A program made the translations under genes and the position numbers. From an uncultured bacterium (GTDB lineage Bacteria > Desulfobacterota > GWC2-55-46), in contig CAJPGC010000030.1 in NCBI GenBank assembly GCA_905339405.1, forward strand, positions 43,956 through 107,955: a DNA stretch of 64,000 nt, given 5' to 3'. Every line of letters begins with the position of its first letter. Position 1 is the first letter of the stretch. The notes under the pieces were generated by a model. The model was not told where the DNA came from. It saw nothing but the letters and a program-made list of their open reading frames with translations, and did no database searches. Of this stretch, positions 37,222-46,458 are shown in pieces.

Positions 37222-38071
37222 CGCCAGATACATCGTCATATCAGCCGTTAAAAACGAGGCCCAGTACATTGGCGAGACGCTCTCCTCGATGGCTGCCCAG
37301 ACAGTGAAGCCCGCCGAATGGGTCATAGTGAACGACGGGTCGACCGACTCTACGTCGAAGGTCATCAAAGGGTACGCAAAAAAATACTCGTGGATACGCC
37401 TCGTCGATGCGGAGCTCTCAAAACGCTCCAGGGGCGGCCATATTGTAAAACTCGTTTATTACGGCTTGTCCAAGCTCAAGACCAACGACTTCGATTTCAT
37501 AGTGAAGCTCGACGGCGACCTCTCTTTTGAGCCGGGCTTTTTCGAACGCGTCTTCGCCCACCTCGCCCAAAACCCGGCGCTCGGCATAACGAGCGGCATA
37601 AGCCACATTTGCTCCGGAGGCGTCCTTATCGAGGAGAAATCCGCCCGGGGCCATACGCTCGGGGCCTGCAAGGTCTACAGGAAAGAGTGCTTCACGGATA
37701 TCGGCGGTCTCATTCAGGCGATGGGCTGGGACGGAATAGACGAGATCAAAGCCCGAATGAAAGGCTGGGAAGCATCCCCCGTGCCGGGGCTCAGGGTAAT
37801 ACACCTCAGGCCGGAGGGACAGGCAAACGGGACATTCGCCTCAGGGAAGGAACGAGGCCGCGGGTCGTATTTCATGGGCTACCACCCGCTCTTTTTCGCC
37901 GTAAGGGCCGCGAAAAACATACTTAAATCACCTCTCGACGGAGTGGGCATGGTAACCGGCTACCTTGGAGCGGCCTTAAAAGGCGGAGAGAAGATAGACG
38001 ACCCGGAGTTCATCAGGTTCATCCGGAAAAACCAGCTAAGGAAACTCCTTATGCTCAAACACAAGGTATAA
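37208..38071 (+). CDS. GT2 glycosyltransferase
   Basis: KNEAQYI, VNDGSTD, KLDGD and GWDGIDE. Confidence 0.92.
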   Translation: MSSTDARYIVISAVKNEAQYIGETLSSMAAQTVKPAEWVIVNDGSTDSTSKVIKGYAKKYSWIRLVDAELSKRSRGGHIVKLVYYGLSKLKTNDFDFIVKLDGDLSFEPGFFERVFAHLAQNPALGITSGISHICSGGVLIEEKSARGHTLGACKVYRKECFTDIGGLIQAMGWDGIDEIKARMKGWEASPVPGLRVIHLRPEGQANGTFASGKERGRGSYFMGYHPLFFAVRAAKNILKSPLDGVGMVTGYLGAALKGGEKIDDPEFIRFIRKNQLRKLLMLKHKV

Positions 38072-38076
38072 AAATA

Positions 38077-40014
38077 ATGTGCGGAATCTGCGGAAAGCTT
38101 TATTTCGACGGCTCAAAGCCGGTCTCCCGGGAAGTAATAGACTCGATGACCGACGTCATGGAGCACAGGGGCCCGGACGACAGGGGCACCTTCATCGGCA
38201 AAGGCGTCGCACTCGGCCACAGGAGGCTCAGCATCATAGACCTCTCACAGCTGGGACATCAGCCCATGTCCAACGAGGACGGCACGATATCGGTCGTCTT
38301 CAACGGCGAGATATACAATTACCTTGAGATCCGCGAAGAGCTCATAAAGGCAGGCCACGTATTCAGGTCTGCGACAGACACAGAGGTCATAGTGCACGCG
38401 TACGAAGAGTACGGCAGAGAGTTCGGCGGCCGCTTCAACGGGATGTTCGCCATAGGCTTGTGGGACGGAAGGAAAAAAGAGCTGCTGCTCGTGCGGGACA
38501 GGCTCGGCGTTAAGCCCCTTTACTACCACAGGAACGGGCAGTTCATCTCCTTCGCATCCGAGATAAAGTCCCTCCTCACGGACCCCGAGGTCGCAAGAAA
38601 AGTCGACCTTCAGGCCTTAAGCAACTTTTTCACGCTCCATTACGTGCCTGGCCCGCGCACGATGTTCGAAGGAATAATGAAGCTACAGCCCGGCCACATC
38701 ATGACTGTGCGGGCAGGAAAGGTCGAAACCCAAAGGTACTGGGAGCTCAAAAAAGACCCGGCCCTTGTGAAATACATGAGCGGCGCGAAGGAAGAGGACG
38801 CCGCCAGCCATCTGTACTCAGCCCTCAGCGAATCGGTAAGGAAAAGGATGCAGAGCGACGTGCCGGTAGGCGCGCTTTTGAGCGGAGGGCTCGATTCGAG
38901 CGCCATACTCGGCCTCATGACGGAGCTCACAGGGAGGCCAGTGCCCGCGTTCACCGTCGGATACAGCGAATCAGGGGAAGACAGTATATCCGAGTTCAAA
39001 TACTCTAGGCAGGTCGCGAAGCACTTCCAGAGCCATTACAAGGAAGTGGTGGTGAGCGCCTCGAAGTTCCTCGATTTTCTCCCGAAAGCCGTCTGGCACC
39101 AGGACGAGCCCATAGGCGAGCCAGCTTCCATCCCGCTCTATTTCGTATCGAAGCTCGCGAAGGACAACGGCGTGACCGTGCTCCTCACGGGTGAAGGGTC
39201 TGATGAGCTCTTCGCGGGCTATAACAGGCACTGGGGCGAGATCCTCTCAGAATACTACCAGCTCATGCCCGGCATATTGAGGGACACGGTATTAAAGAGG
39301 CTCATCTCGGCCCTCCCGAGGATGCCGCTCCTTAAAAAGGGCCACCGCTCGATGTCCATAGGCGGCTTCAACGACAGGTACATGTCCTGGCACACGGTCT
39401 TTACCGAGGAGATGAAGGAATCGCTCTTCAAGGCCGAGTGGGAAAAGGTGGACACCTTCTCGGACGTCTTCGAGAAGTATCTCGGCAGGATAGGTACGCT
39501 AGAGAACCTCGACAAGATACTCTACCTCGACCTCAACGTCTGGCTGCCAGACGACCTCCTCATGAAAAAGGACAAGATGGGCATGGCAACTTCCATAGAG
39601 GCAAGAGTGCCCTTCCTCGACTATACGTTCGTCGAGTTCGCCTTCCAGATACCTTCGGCGATGAAGGTGAAGAAGCTCGTGACTAAGCACATTCTGAAAA
39701 AATCGATGGAAAGGCTCCTTCCCACCGAGATTATCTACAGGAAAAAGGAAGGCTTCCCCACCCCGATTTCGAACTGGCTGAAGACGGAGCTTAAGGACTT
39801 CACGATGGAGACCCTGTGCTCGGCCGGGGCCCTGGGCCACGGGCTATTCGACAGGAAAGTCGTGCGCCGTCTCGTGGACGCTCATATGAAGGGCACGGAA
39901 GACAACAACAGGCTCCTTTTCCCGCTCATCAACTTCGAGATATGGCACAAGCTCTTCTTTTCAAAAGAGCGGATGGGTACCATAGATCTGAGCCTTGGCG
40001 CTCACGTGGCCTGA
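38077..40014 (+). CDS. asnB: Asparagine synthase-type glutamine amidotransferase (polysaccharide amidation)
   Basis: MCGI, HRGPD, HRRLSIID, FNGEIYN, LSGGLDSS, GEGSDELF and EARVPFLD. Confidence 0.93.
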   Translation: MCGICGKLYFDGSKPVSREVIDSMTDVMEHRGPDDRGTFIGKGVALGHRRLSIIDLSQLGHQPMSNEDGTISVVFNGEIYNYLEIREELIKAGHVFRSATDTEVIVHAYEEYGREFGGRFNGMFAIGLWDGRKKELLLVRDRLGVKPLYYHRNGQFISFASEIKSLLTDPEVARKVDLQALSNFFTLHYVPGPRTMFEGIMKLQPGHIMTVRAGKVETQRYWELKKDPALVKYMSGAKEEDAASHLYSALSESVRKRMQSDVPVGALLSGGLDSSAILGLMTELTGRPVPAFTVGYSESGEDSISEFKYSRQVAKHFQSHYKEVVVSASKFLDFLPKAVWHQDEPIGEPASIPLYFVSKLAKDNGVTVLLTGEGSDELFAGYNRHWGEILSEYYQLMPGILRDTVLKRLISALPRMPLLKKGHRSMSIGGFNDRYMSWHTVFTEEMKESLFKAEWEKVDTFSDVFEKYLGRIGTLENLDKILYLDLNVWLPDDLLMKKDKMGMATSIEARVPFLDYTFVEFAFQIPSAMKVKKLVTKHILKKSMERLLPTEIIYRKKEGFPTPISNWLKTELKDFTMETLCSAGALGHGLFDRKVVRRLVDAHMKGTEDNNRLLFPLINFEIWHKLFFSKERMGTIDLSLGAHVA

Positions 40015-40112
40015 GTTTTTACCTTTAAACAAGCCTAGTTCAAGAATAAAGCTAAGAAATGTTCTCACAATAGATAAATAACTCTGTAATCTAAATCACA
40101 TTTAGGTACAAA

Positions 40113-40176
40113 GACCTTCTGTATCCTGACTGGGAAAGGCGCCAACGGCGCAAAAACCAGTTAGTCTCAGGAGGTC
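40113..40176 (+). promoter_or_regulatory. Nested hairpin sequestering the RBS of the downstream gene
   Basis: Three nested helices: GACCTTCTG/CAGGAGGTC, CTGACTGG/CCAGTTAG and GCGCC/GGCGC. Confidence 0.55.
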
Positions 40177-40179
40177 GTA

Positions 40180-41457
40180 ATGAGAAAATTCCTTATCCTG
40201 CTGGCGTTCGCAATCTTGAGCGCCACGCCGGGGCTCTCGGAGGCAGCCACCTATTACATAAGGGCTGGCGCAACCGGAAACAAGAGCGGCATGGACTGGG
40301 TCAACGCCCTTCCCCAGCTGCCAGCTACCCTGGTCAGGGGAAATACCTACTTCATAGCCGACGGCACGTACCCCGGGTATACTTTCGACGACCCGCAGAA
40401 CGGGGCGTGGATATACATAAAGAAGGCCACGCCGGCCAGCCACGGCACCTCTACCGGCTGGCAGAACGCCTTTGGAGACGGCAAAGCAGTATTCGGCCCG
40501 CTCAAGTTCTCGACAGGCTACTACGAAGTAGACGGACAGACCGGCGGCGGGCCCGGCAAATGGACTTCCGGCCACGGCATAAAGGTGGAGTTCGCGCAAT
40601 CGGCGAACACGGTAAAGCTCATCAACGTCACGAAGAACGTACCCTTCCTCACTTTCAAGCACATGGAGCTCGCGTTCAAGCCATGCTCCTCTTGCAGAGG
40701 ACAGGACGCCGTCTACGCGATAAAAGGCGGCCGCGACTGGAAGTTCCAGTACATGTGGATACACCACCCGAGCAGGGTCGTCTTCTACACGATGGGCAAC
40801 GCGAACAAGATACTTGTCGAGTACTCGCTCCTTGAAAGGAGCGGCACCAACGGCTCTTCCTCGCAGCACTCGGAGATATGGTCGGCAAGGGACACCCACG
40901 ACGTCGTCCTCAGGTACAGCTGGATAAAGGACTACAGGAGCACCGGCGGCATAATCCTGGGCAGGGCGAGGAACTGGAACATCTACGGCAACGTCTTCCA
41001 GTGGACCTCGAACTTCGGCCCGACGGCTAACAACGGCGCGGTCGGCAGCTGGTCTTCCGACCCGACCTATTACGCGAGCAACATCAAGGTGCACAACAAC
41101 TCCTTCGTGGGGCTGAGGAGCGGCGGGTCCGGCAAGCTTTTTCCGGTCTACAAATCGATAAGCGGCGTTTCCGCCTACAACAACCTGTGGTACAACAGCC
41201 CGGCTTCCGGTTTCGGCGGGGGCGTTACCCACAACAACAACTGGTTCAAAGACTCGAACGAAGCGAAGATAGCCGAGCCTTCCAAGGAGGTCGGCACGTC
41301 CGACCCTTTCAGGAACGCGGCCGCCGGAGACTTCAGGCTCAAGGGAGCGACCCGCGCTGGCGCATCTCTTGGCTCTCCTTTCAACATCGACGCAACAGGG
41401 CTTACGCGCGGCCGTGACGGCGTCTGGGACAAGGGAGCGTACGAGTTCACAAGGTAA
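40180..41457 (+). CDS. Secreted parallel beta-helix (pectin lyase-like) protein
   Basis: Signal peptide, ATYYI...G.DW.NA, Asn-ladder repeats and C-terminal GDFRL...D..G..R....DKGAYEF. Confidence 0.75.
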   Translation: MRKFLILLAFAILSATPGLSEAATYYIRAGATGNKSGMDWVNALPQLPATLVRGNTYFIADGTYPGYTFDDPQNGAWIYIKKATPASHGTSTGWQNAFGDGKAVFGPLKFSTGYYEVDGQTGGGPGKWTSGHGIKVEFAQSANTVKLINVTKNVPFLTFKHMELAFKPCSSCRGQDAVYAIKGGRDWKFQYMWIHHPSRVVFYTMGNANKILVEYSLLERSGTNGSSSQHSEIWSARDTHDVVLRYSWIKDYRSTGGIILGRARNWNIYGNVFQWTSNFGPTANNGAVGSWSSDPTYYASNIKVHNNSFVGLRSGGSGKLFPVYKSISGVSAYNNLWYNSPASGFGGGVTHNNNWFKDSNEAKIAEPSKEVGTSDPFRNAAAGDFRLKGATRAGASLGSPFNIDATGLTRGRDGVWDKGAYEFTR

Positions 41458-41507
41458 TAAGCGGCACACATCCGCAAACTGCACCAATCCGCAAAATCGT
41501 ATCATAT

Positions 41508-41533
41508 GTGCCGGCCCCGTCCGGGGCCGGCAC
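41508..41533. terminator. Strong GC hairpin inside the operon (terminator/stabiliser; no U tract)
   Basis: GTGCCGGCCCCG-TC-CGGGGCCGGCAC. Confidence 0.45.
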
Positions 41534-41572
41534 GCTCATCAAAAAAAAATCAGGACAACAGAAAACAGGCAA

Positions 41573-42889
41573 ATGGAACGGCCCGTCAAACATCCGAAGG
41601 TGCTCCTTCTTGGCGTATCGTTCAACACGAGGAACATGGGCGTCGGCGCGCTCGCGGCAGGGGCGGTGAAATGCATCCGCAACTGGCGGCCCGGAGCCGA
41701 TATCAAGCTACTCGATTATGGGAAAAAGGCCGAAATACACAACATAAACGTCGCCGGGAAAGACGAGCTGATAGAGCTCATCAACCTCAGGTTCTCCAAG
41801 AAGCTCTTTCTTCCAAACAACGTCGCGCTCCTTATCGCCCTGGCCGCTATTGCGAAGCTTCTGCCGTTCAAGCCAGTCAAGAAGCTTTTCGTTGACTCAA
41901 ACGAGTACCTCCGCGAGATATCCACCGCAGACATGGCCGCGTCGGTTGCCGGAGGGGACAGTTTCAGCGACATATACGGGATAGGGAGATTTTTTTACGT
42001 CGCCCTCCCCCAAGTCCTCATCCTGCTCATGGGAAAGCCGCTCGTGCAGCTCCCGCAGACCATCGGCCCCTTCACCTCAAAGCTGCCCAGGAGGATAGCC
42101 GCGGCGATACTACGACGCTCGTCACTGATATACTCGCGCGACTACCCGGGCCTGCTGGAGACGAGGGAGATACTCGGTATAACCGGCAAGAACGAGCGCA
42201 TAAGGTTCTGCTACGACATGGGCTTCGTGCTCGACCCGGTTAAACCGGCCGGGCAGCAGGCCGAAAGGGCCGCAGCTGAGCTTCCGGGGTCGATGGAGGC
42301 CAACGAGCCGTGCAGGGTCGGGTTAAACGTAAGCGGCCTCCTTTACATGGGAGGGTACACGCGGGGCAACATGTTCGGGCTGAAGTCGGATTACAGAGAA
42401 CTTGTAGCGGGGATAATCGATTTTCTCATCACGCGCAAGAAAGCGGATGTCGTTCTGGTGCCGCACGTTTTCGGCGGCCCGGAGACCGAAAGCGACTCCG
42501 CCGTATGCGAGCGGCTCTACGCAGAGCTCAAGCCCAGGTACGGCGAGCGGCTCTCTTTTCTTTCCGGCGTCTACGACCAGGGCGAGATAAAGCACATGAT
42601 AGGGACTTGCGACTTTTTCATAGGCTCGAGGATGCATGCCTGCATCGCCGCGCTTTCGCAATGCATCCCTTCCGTGCCTGTCGCATACAGCCGTAAGTTC
42701 ATCGGGGTCATGGAATCCATCGGGGTCGCCTCTTACGTTGCCGACCCGTGCACGCTGGACCCCGGCGCGGTACTGGACATAATCGACAAGGCTTTCGAAG
42801 ACAGGGCCGCGATAGCGGAAAAACTCAGGGCGCAGATGCCCGGCGTAAAGGAGAAGATACTCGGCCTGTTCCGTGAAATCCATGAATGA
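41573..42889 (+). CDS. Polysaccharide pyruvyl transferase family protein
   Basis: NMGV.AL, GGDSFSDIYG, PQTIGPF, YSRD, DMGF and GSRMHACIAA. Confidence 0.9.
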   Translation: MERPVKHPKVLLLGVSFNTRNMGVGALAAGAVKCIRNWRPGADIKLLDYGKKAEIHNINVAGKDELIELINLRFSKKLFLPNNVALLIALAAIAKLLPFKPVKKLFVDSNEYLREISTADMAASVAGGDSFSDIYGIGRFFYVALPQVLILLMGKPLVQLPQTIGPFTSKLPRRIAAAILRRSSLIYSRDYPGLLETREILGITGKNERIRFCYDMGFVLDPVKPAGQQAERAAAELPGSMEANEPCRVGLNVSGLLYMGGYTRGNMFGLKSDYRELVAGIIDFLITRKKADVVLVPHVFGGPETESDSAVCERLYAELKPRYGERLSFLSGVYDQGEIKHMIGTCDFFIGSRMHACIAALSQCIPSVPVAYSRKFIGVMESIGVASYVADPCTLDPGAVLDIIDKAFEDRAAIAEKLRAQMPGVKEKILGLFREIHE

Positions 42890-44139
42890 TTTTCGGAGGG
42901 ACGATGAAAAAAAAACGTGTAGCTTTCGTGACGAACCCGCTTGACTCGGGGTTCAGGAGCTCCATCAGCATTGTTACGCTCGAGCTGGCGAAAAGACTCA
43001 CGGCGGATTATGACGTTACGGTCTACGCTGGAAAAGGGAAGGAAGAGAGGGCCGCGCCTCCAGGCATCAAAATAAGGCGGCTTCCGTCTCACATCGACCA
43101 GGACTTGAGGAGGCTAACGGGAAAGCTCGCACCTCTTTACAGCTTGCGAAAGCCTTTTTTCAGCTCGCCGCTGTATTATCCTCTGTACATGACGAGGCTC
43201 GCGCTGGACATCAGGAAATGCGGCTTCGACATCGTCCACCTTCACAACTTCACGCAATTCATACCGGTCATAAGGGCATTGAACCCGGGCCTGAAGATAG
43301 TCCTCCACATGCACAGCGAATGGCTCACCCAGCTCGACAGGAAAACGATGCGCCAACGCATTAAAAACGCGGACCTGGTCTTGAACTGCAGCGAGTTCAT
43401 CACCTCAAGGACGCGCGCCGCCTTCCCTGAGGCCGCAACTAAATGCAAGACGCTGTACAACGGCGTCGACGTTGGAAACTTCTCAACGCCTCTCTCGACT
43501 GAGACAGCGGAACGAAAAAAACAGACGCTACTATGCGTCGGCAGGATAACGCCCGAAAAGGGGCTCCACGTCGTAATAGAGGCCTTCAATTCCCTTGGCG
43601 CGAAGTACCCTGACCTGGAGCTCTGCCTGGTAGGCCAGGAGAGGATAACTCCGAAAGAATTCCTCATAGAGCTGAGCGACGACGAGAGGGTCAGGTCTTT
43701 GAAGGCCTTTTATCCGGGCAGCTACAAGAAAAAGATAATGGAGAGCCTTGTCCCTGCTCTTTCAGCGAGGGTCAATTTTTTCGGACACGTCAGCCACCCT
43801 GAGATGGTCTCGAAGTACTCAGAAGCCACGATATTCATTAACGCCTCTTATTACGAGTCGTTCGGCATACCGGTGGCCGAGGCAATGGCCTGCGGCCTCC
43901 CGGTTGTGGCCTCAAGGGCCGGTGGCGTGCCGGAGATCGTCGAAAACGGTCTTTCGGGCCTGCTTGTCGAGCCGGGAAACGCCGGAGACCTCGCCTCCGC
44001 GGTCTCGGAGCTTCTGGAAAACAGGAACGAGAGGGAATCGTTAGCCCGCGCAGGACGCGAACGCATAAGCGAGCATTTCAATTGGGACACCATAGCGGGG
44101 GAACTATCAAATTCATACAGCGGTATGTACAGGTCTTGA
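42886..44139 (+). CDS. GT4 glycosyltransferase
   Basis: YNGVD, GRITPEKG and ESFGIPVAEAMACG. Confidence 0.93.
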   Translation: MIFGGTMKKKRVAFVTNPLDSGFRSSISIVTLELAKRLTADYDVTVYAGKGKEERAAPPGIKIRRLPSHIDQDLRRLTGKLAPLYSLRKPFFSSPLYYPLYMTRLALDIRKCGFDIVHLHNFTQFIPVIRALNPGLKIVLHMHSEWLTQLDRKTMRQRIKNADLVLNCSEFITSRTRAAFPEAATKCKTLYNGVDVGNFSTPLSTETAERKKQTLLCVGRITPEKGLHVVIEAFNSLGAKYPDLELCLVGQERITPKEFLIELSDDERVRSLKAFYPGSYKKKIMESLVPALSARVNFFGHVSHPEMVSKYSEATIFINASYYESFGIPVAEAMACGLPVVASRAGGVPEIVENGLSGLLVEPGNAGDLASAVSELLENRNERESLARAGRERISEHFNWDTIAGELSNSYSGMYRS

Positions 44140-44149
44140 AAGATGCTAG

Positions 44150-45622
44150 ATGCGCGGCGCATCCCTTATGAAACGTTCCGAAATAAAACAGAAGGTCGTA
44201 AGAGGGAGCGCGTGGACGCTTTTCGCCAATGTCTCATCCCAGGCGATATCCTTCCTCGTGACCGTGGTGCTCGCAAGGCTCCTGACCCCGGGGGATTTCG
44301 GCGTGGTGGCCATCTCGGCGGTCTTCATCGGGGTCATCACGCTCTTCCAGGACGTCGGCATGGGCGCGGCGCTCATCCAGAGGAAAGAGATCGACGACGA
44401 TTACCTGTCGACCTCTTTCAGCGTAAGCCTGCTGGCAGGCGCGGCCCTCGCGGGCCTCGTAGCGGCCATCTCCCCGCTTGTGGCCGCGTTCTACGGCGAG
44501 GCGGTTCTCCGTGACATACTGCTCGTCTCTTCGCTCGGGTTTCTCTTGAGCCCCTTTACCTCCATACACACTTCGATCCTTTCGAAGGGTCTGGAGTTCA
44601 AAAAGGTCGCTCTCATACAGCTAGGGACGCAGGCCGTCTCAGGTTCTATATCAGTCGGACTTGCCCTTTCAGGCTACGGCCTCTGGAGCATGGTGCTGGG
44701 GAAGATACTCTCCCAGCCGCTCCTCATACCGGTCGTATGGTCGGTAGTCAAATGGAGGCCCAGGCTCAAGGTCGTAAGGAAGTGCTTTACAGACCTGTTC
44801 GGCTTCTCGTCGCACCTTCTGGGGTTCAACCTCCTGAACTTCTTCGCCAGGAGCCTCGACAACCTCATAATCGGCAAATACCTCGGCCCCCAGGCTCTCG
44901 GGTACTACTCGGTTGCGTACAACCTGATGCTCAAGCCCCTGCAGCTCATCTCATGGTCCATAGGTAAGGTCCTTTTCCCGGTCTTCTCGAGCATACAGGA
45001 CGACCCGGCGCAGACGCGGGCCGTGTACCTGAAGATAATAAAATCGATCTCTCTCATCACTTTCCCCATGATGACCGGGCTTTTCATGGTCGCCGAAGAG
45101 TTCATACTGTCAGTCTACGGCGACACCTGGAGGCCCGCGATACTGCCCTTGAAGCTCCTTTGCGCGGTCGGGGCCATACAGTCGATAGGCACGACAGCCG
45201 GGGTCATCTTCAATTCACAGGGCAGGTCCGACCTCAACCTCAAAGTCGGGTCGGTCTCTGCCACAGCTATAGTGATCGGCTTCATCATTGGCATCAACTG
45301 GGGCGTCATAGGGCTCATAACAGCCTATATCGCGGTGTCGCTCCCGATATTCTTCCTCGGGCAGTTCTACGCGAACAGACTCATCGGCCTTAAGATGGGT
45401 GAGCTGCTTTCGGCCCTGGTCCCTGCGGCCGCCTGTTCCGTATTCATGGTCGCGGTCCTCGCGGCCTTCAGGTACATGAGCGGTTCCTTGAGGTTCGAAG
45501 TCGCAACAGCCCTTGTCCTCCTCATACTCGTCGGAGCGTCTTCCTACATACTTTTCGCCGCAAAAGTCTTCAAGGTCGACGAGGTGAACGAGGCCCTTCA
45601 GATGGTCAAAAGGAAACTATGA
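44150..45622 (+). CDS. Wzx flippase (WzxC-like)
   Basis: LARLLTPGDFG, ALIQRK, DNLIIGK.LG...LGYY and many TMs. Confidence 0.92.
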   Translation: MRGASLMKRSEIKQKVVRGSAWTLFANVSSQAISFLVTVVLARLLTPGDFGVVAISAVFIGVITLFQDVGMGAALIQRKEIDDDYLSTSFSVSLLAGAALAGLVAAISPLVAAFYGEAVLRDILLVSSLGFLLSPFTSIHTSILSKGLEFKKVALIQLGTQAVSGSISVGLALSGYGLWSMVLGKILSQPLLIPVVWSVVKWRPRLKVVRKCFTDLFGFSSHLLGFNLLNFFARSLDNLIIGKYLGPQALGYYSVAYNLMLKPLQLISWSIGKVLFPVFSSIQDDPAQTRAVYLKIIKSISLITFPMMTGLFMVAEEFILSVYGDTWRPAILPLKLLCAVGAIQSIGTTAGVIFNSQGRSDLNLKVGSVSATAIVIGFIIGINWGVIGLITAYIAVSLPIFFLGQFYANRLIGLKMGELLSALVPAAACSVFMVAVLAAFRYMSGSLRFEVATALVLLILVGASSYILFAAKVFKVDEVNEALQMVKRKL

Positions 45623-46458
45623 AGATAAAAATACTGATGATAACGCACAACAGGCCGCAGTACACCGCCCTTTCACTCACAAGGCTGACTGAAACAGTAC
45701 CTGATAACGCGAAAATTACCGTCTGGGACAACGCTTCCTCGGAAGAGACCCTCACGGTACTCAAACGGTTCGAGCGCCACCCTTCCGTCGAGCGGGTCAT
45801 CTACAACAGGACAAACGACAAGCTCTGGGGCCCGACGAACTGGTTCTGGAAGAACTCGAAAGACGCTGACCTCCTCAGCAAGATAGACGACGACTGCCTG
45901 ATGCCTGCAAGGTGGGCCGAAAAGCTCCAGGAAGCGCATGGTGACATCCCTGAAGCAGGAATCATCGGCTGCTGGAGGTTCATGCCCGAGGACATGAACA
46001 ATTCAAAGGCCGCGAAAAAAATACAGGCGTTCGGCCGTCATATGCTCCTCAGAAACTGCTGGGTCGAGGGGTCGGGCTATCTCCTCAAGAGAAAGCTCAT
46101 AGAGGAGATAGGCCTTCTCCGGCCGAAAGAGACTTTTACGACGTGGTGCCTGAGGGCCGCCGCTCGGGGATACATAAACGGGTGGTATTACCCTTTCATG
46201 TACCAGGAGCACATGGACGATCCCAGGGCCGAGCACACCGGTATAAAGACCGACGAAGACCTGATGAAGTACCTTCCTCTGTCAGCCGCCCAGAACGGGA
46301 TAAAAACAAAAGACGACTGGGTGGCGAAACTGAAATCGAGCGCGGCGCGGCTGCAGGAGTATTCCCTGGACCCGTACGATTTCATCGGCGTCAAGCCAAA
46401 GCTCAAAAGAAGGCTGCTGAGGCTCCTCGGAATAACCTACTTCCCCAAGGCCAGATGA
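45619..46458 (+). CDS. GT2 glycosyltransferase
   Basis: THNRP, WDNAS and KIDDD. Confidence 0.88.
   Translation: MKIKILMITHNRPQYTALSLTRLTETVPDNAKITVWDNASSEETLTVLKRFERHPSVERVIYNRTNDKLWGPTNWFWKNSKDADLLSKIDDDCLMPARWAEKLQEAHGDIPEAGIIGCWRFMPEDMNNSKAAKKIQAFGRHMLLRNCWVEGSGYLLKRKLIEEIGLLRPKETFTTWCLRAAARGYINGWYYPFMYQEHMDDPRAEHTGIKTDEDLMKYLPLSAAQNGIKTKDDWVAKLKSSAARLQEYSLDPYDFIGVKPKLKRRLLRLLGITYFPKAR

Noticed and set aside
40132-40158. GEMM-like words GGGAAA...GGCGCAAA in the beta-helix gene leader
   Set aside because: No GNRA-capped P2, tetraloop receptor or P3, so it is not called a c-di-GMP-I riboswitch.
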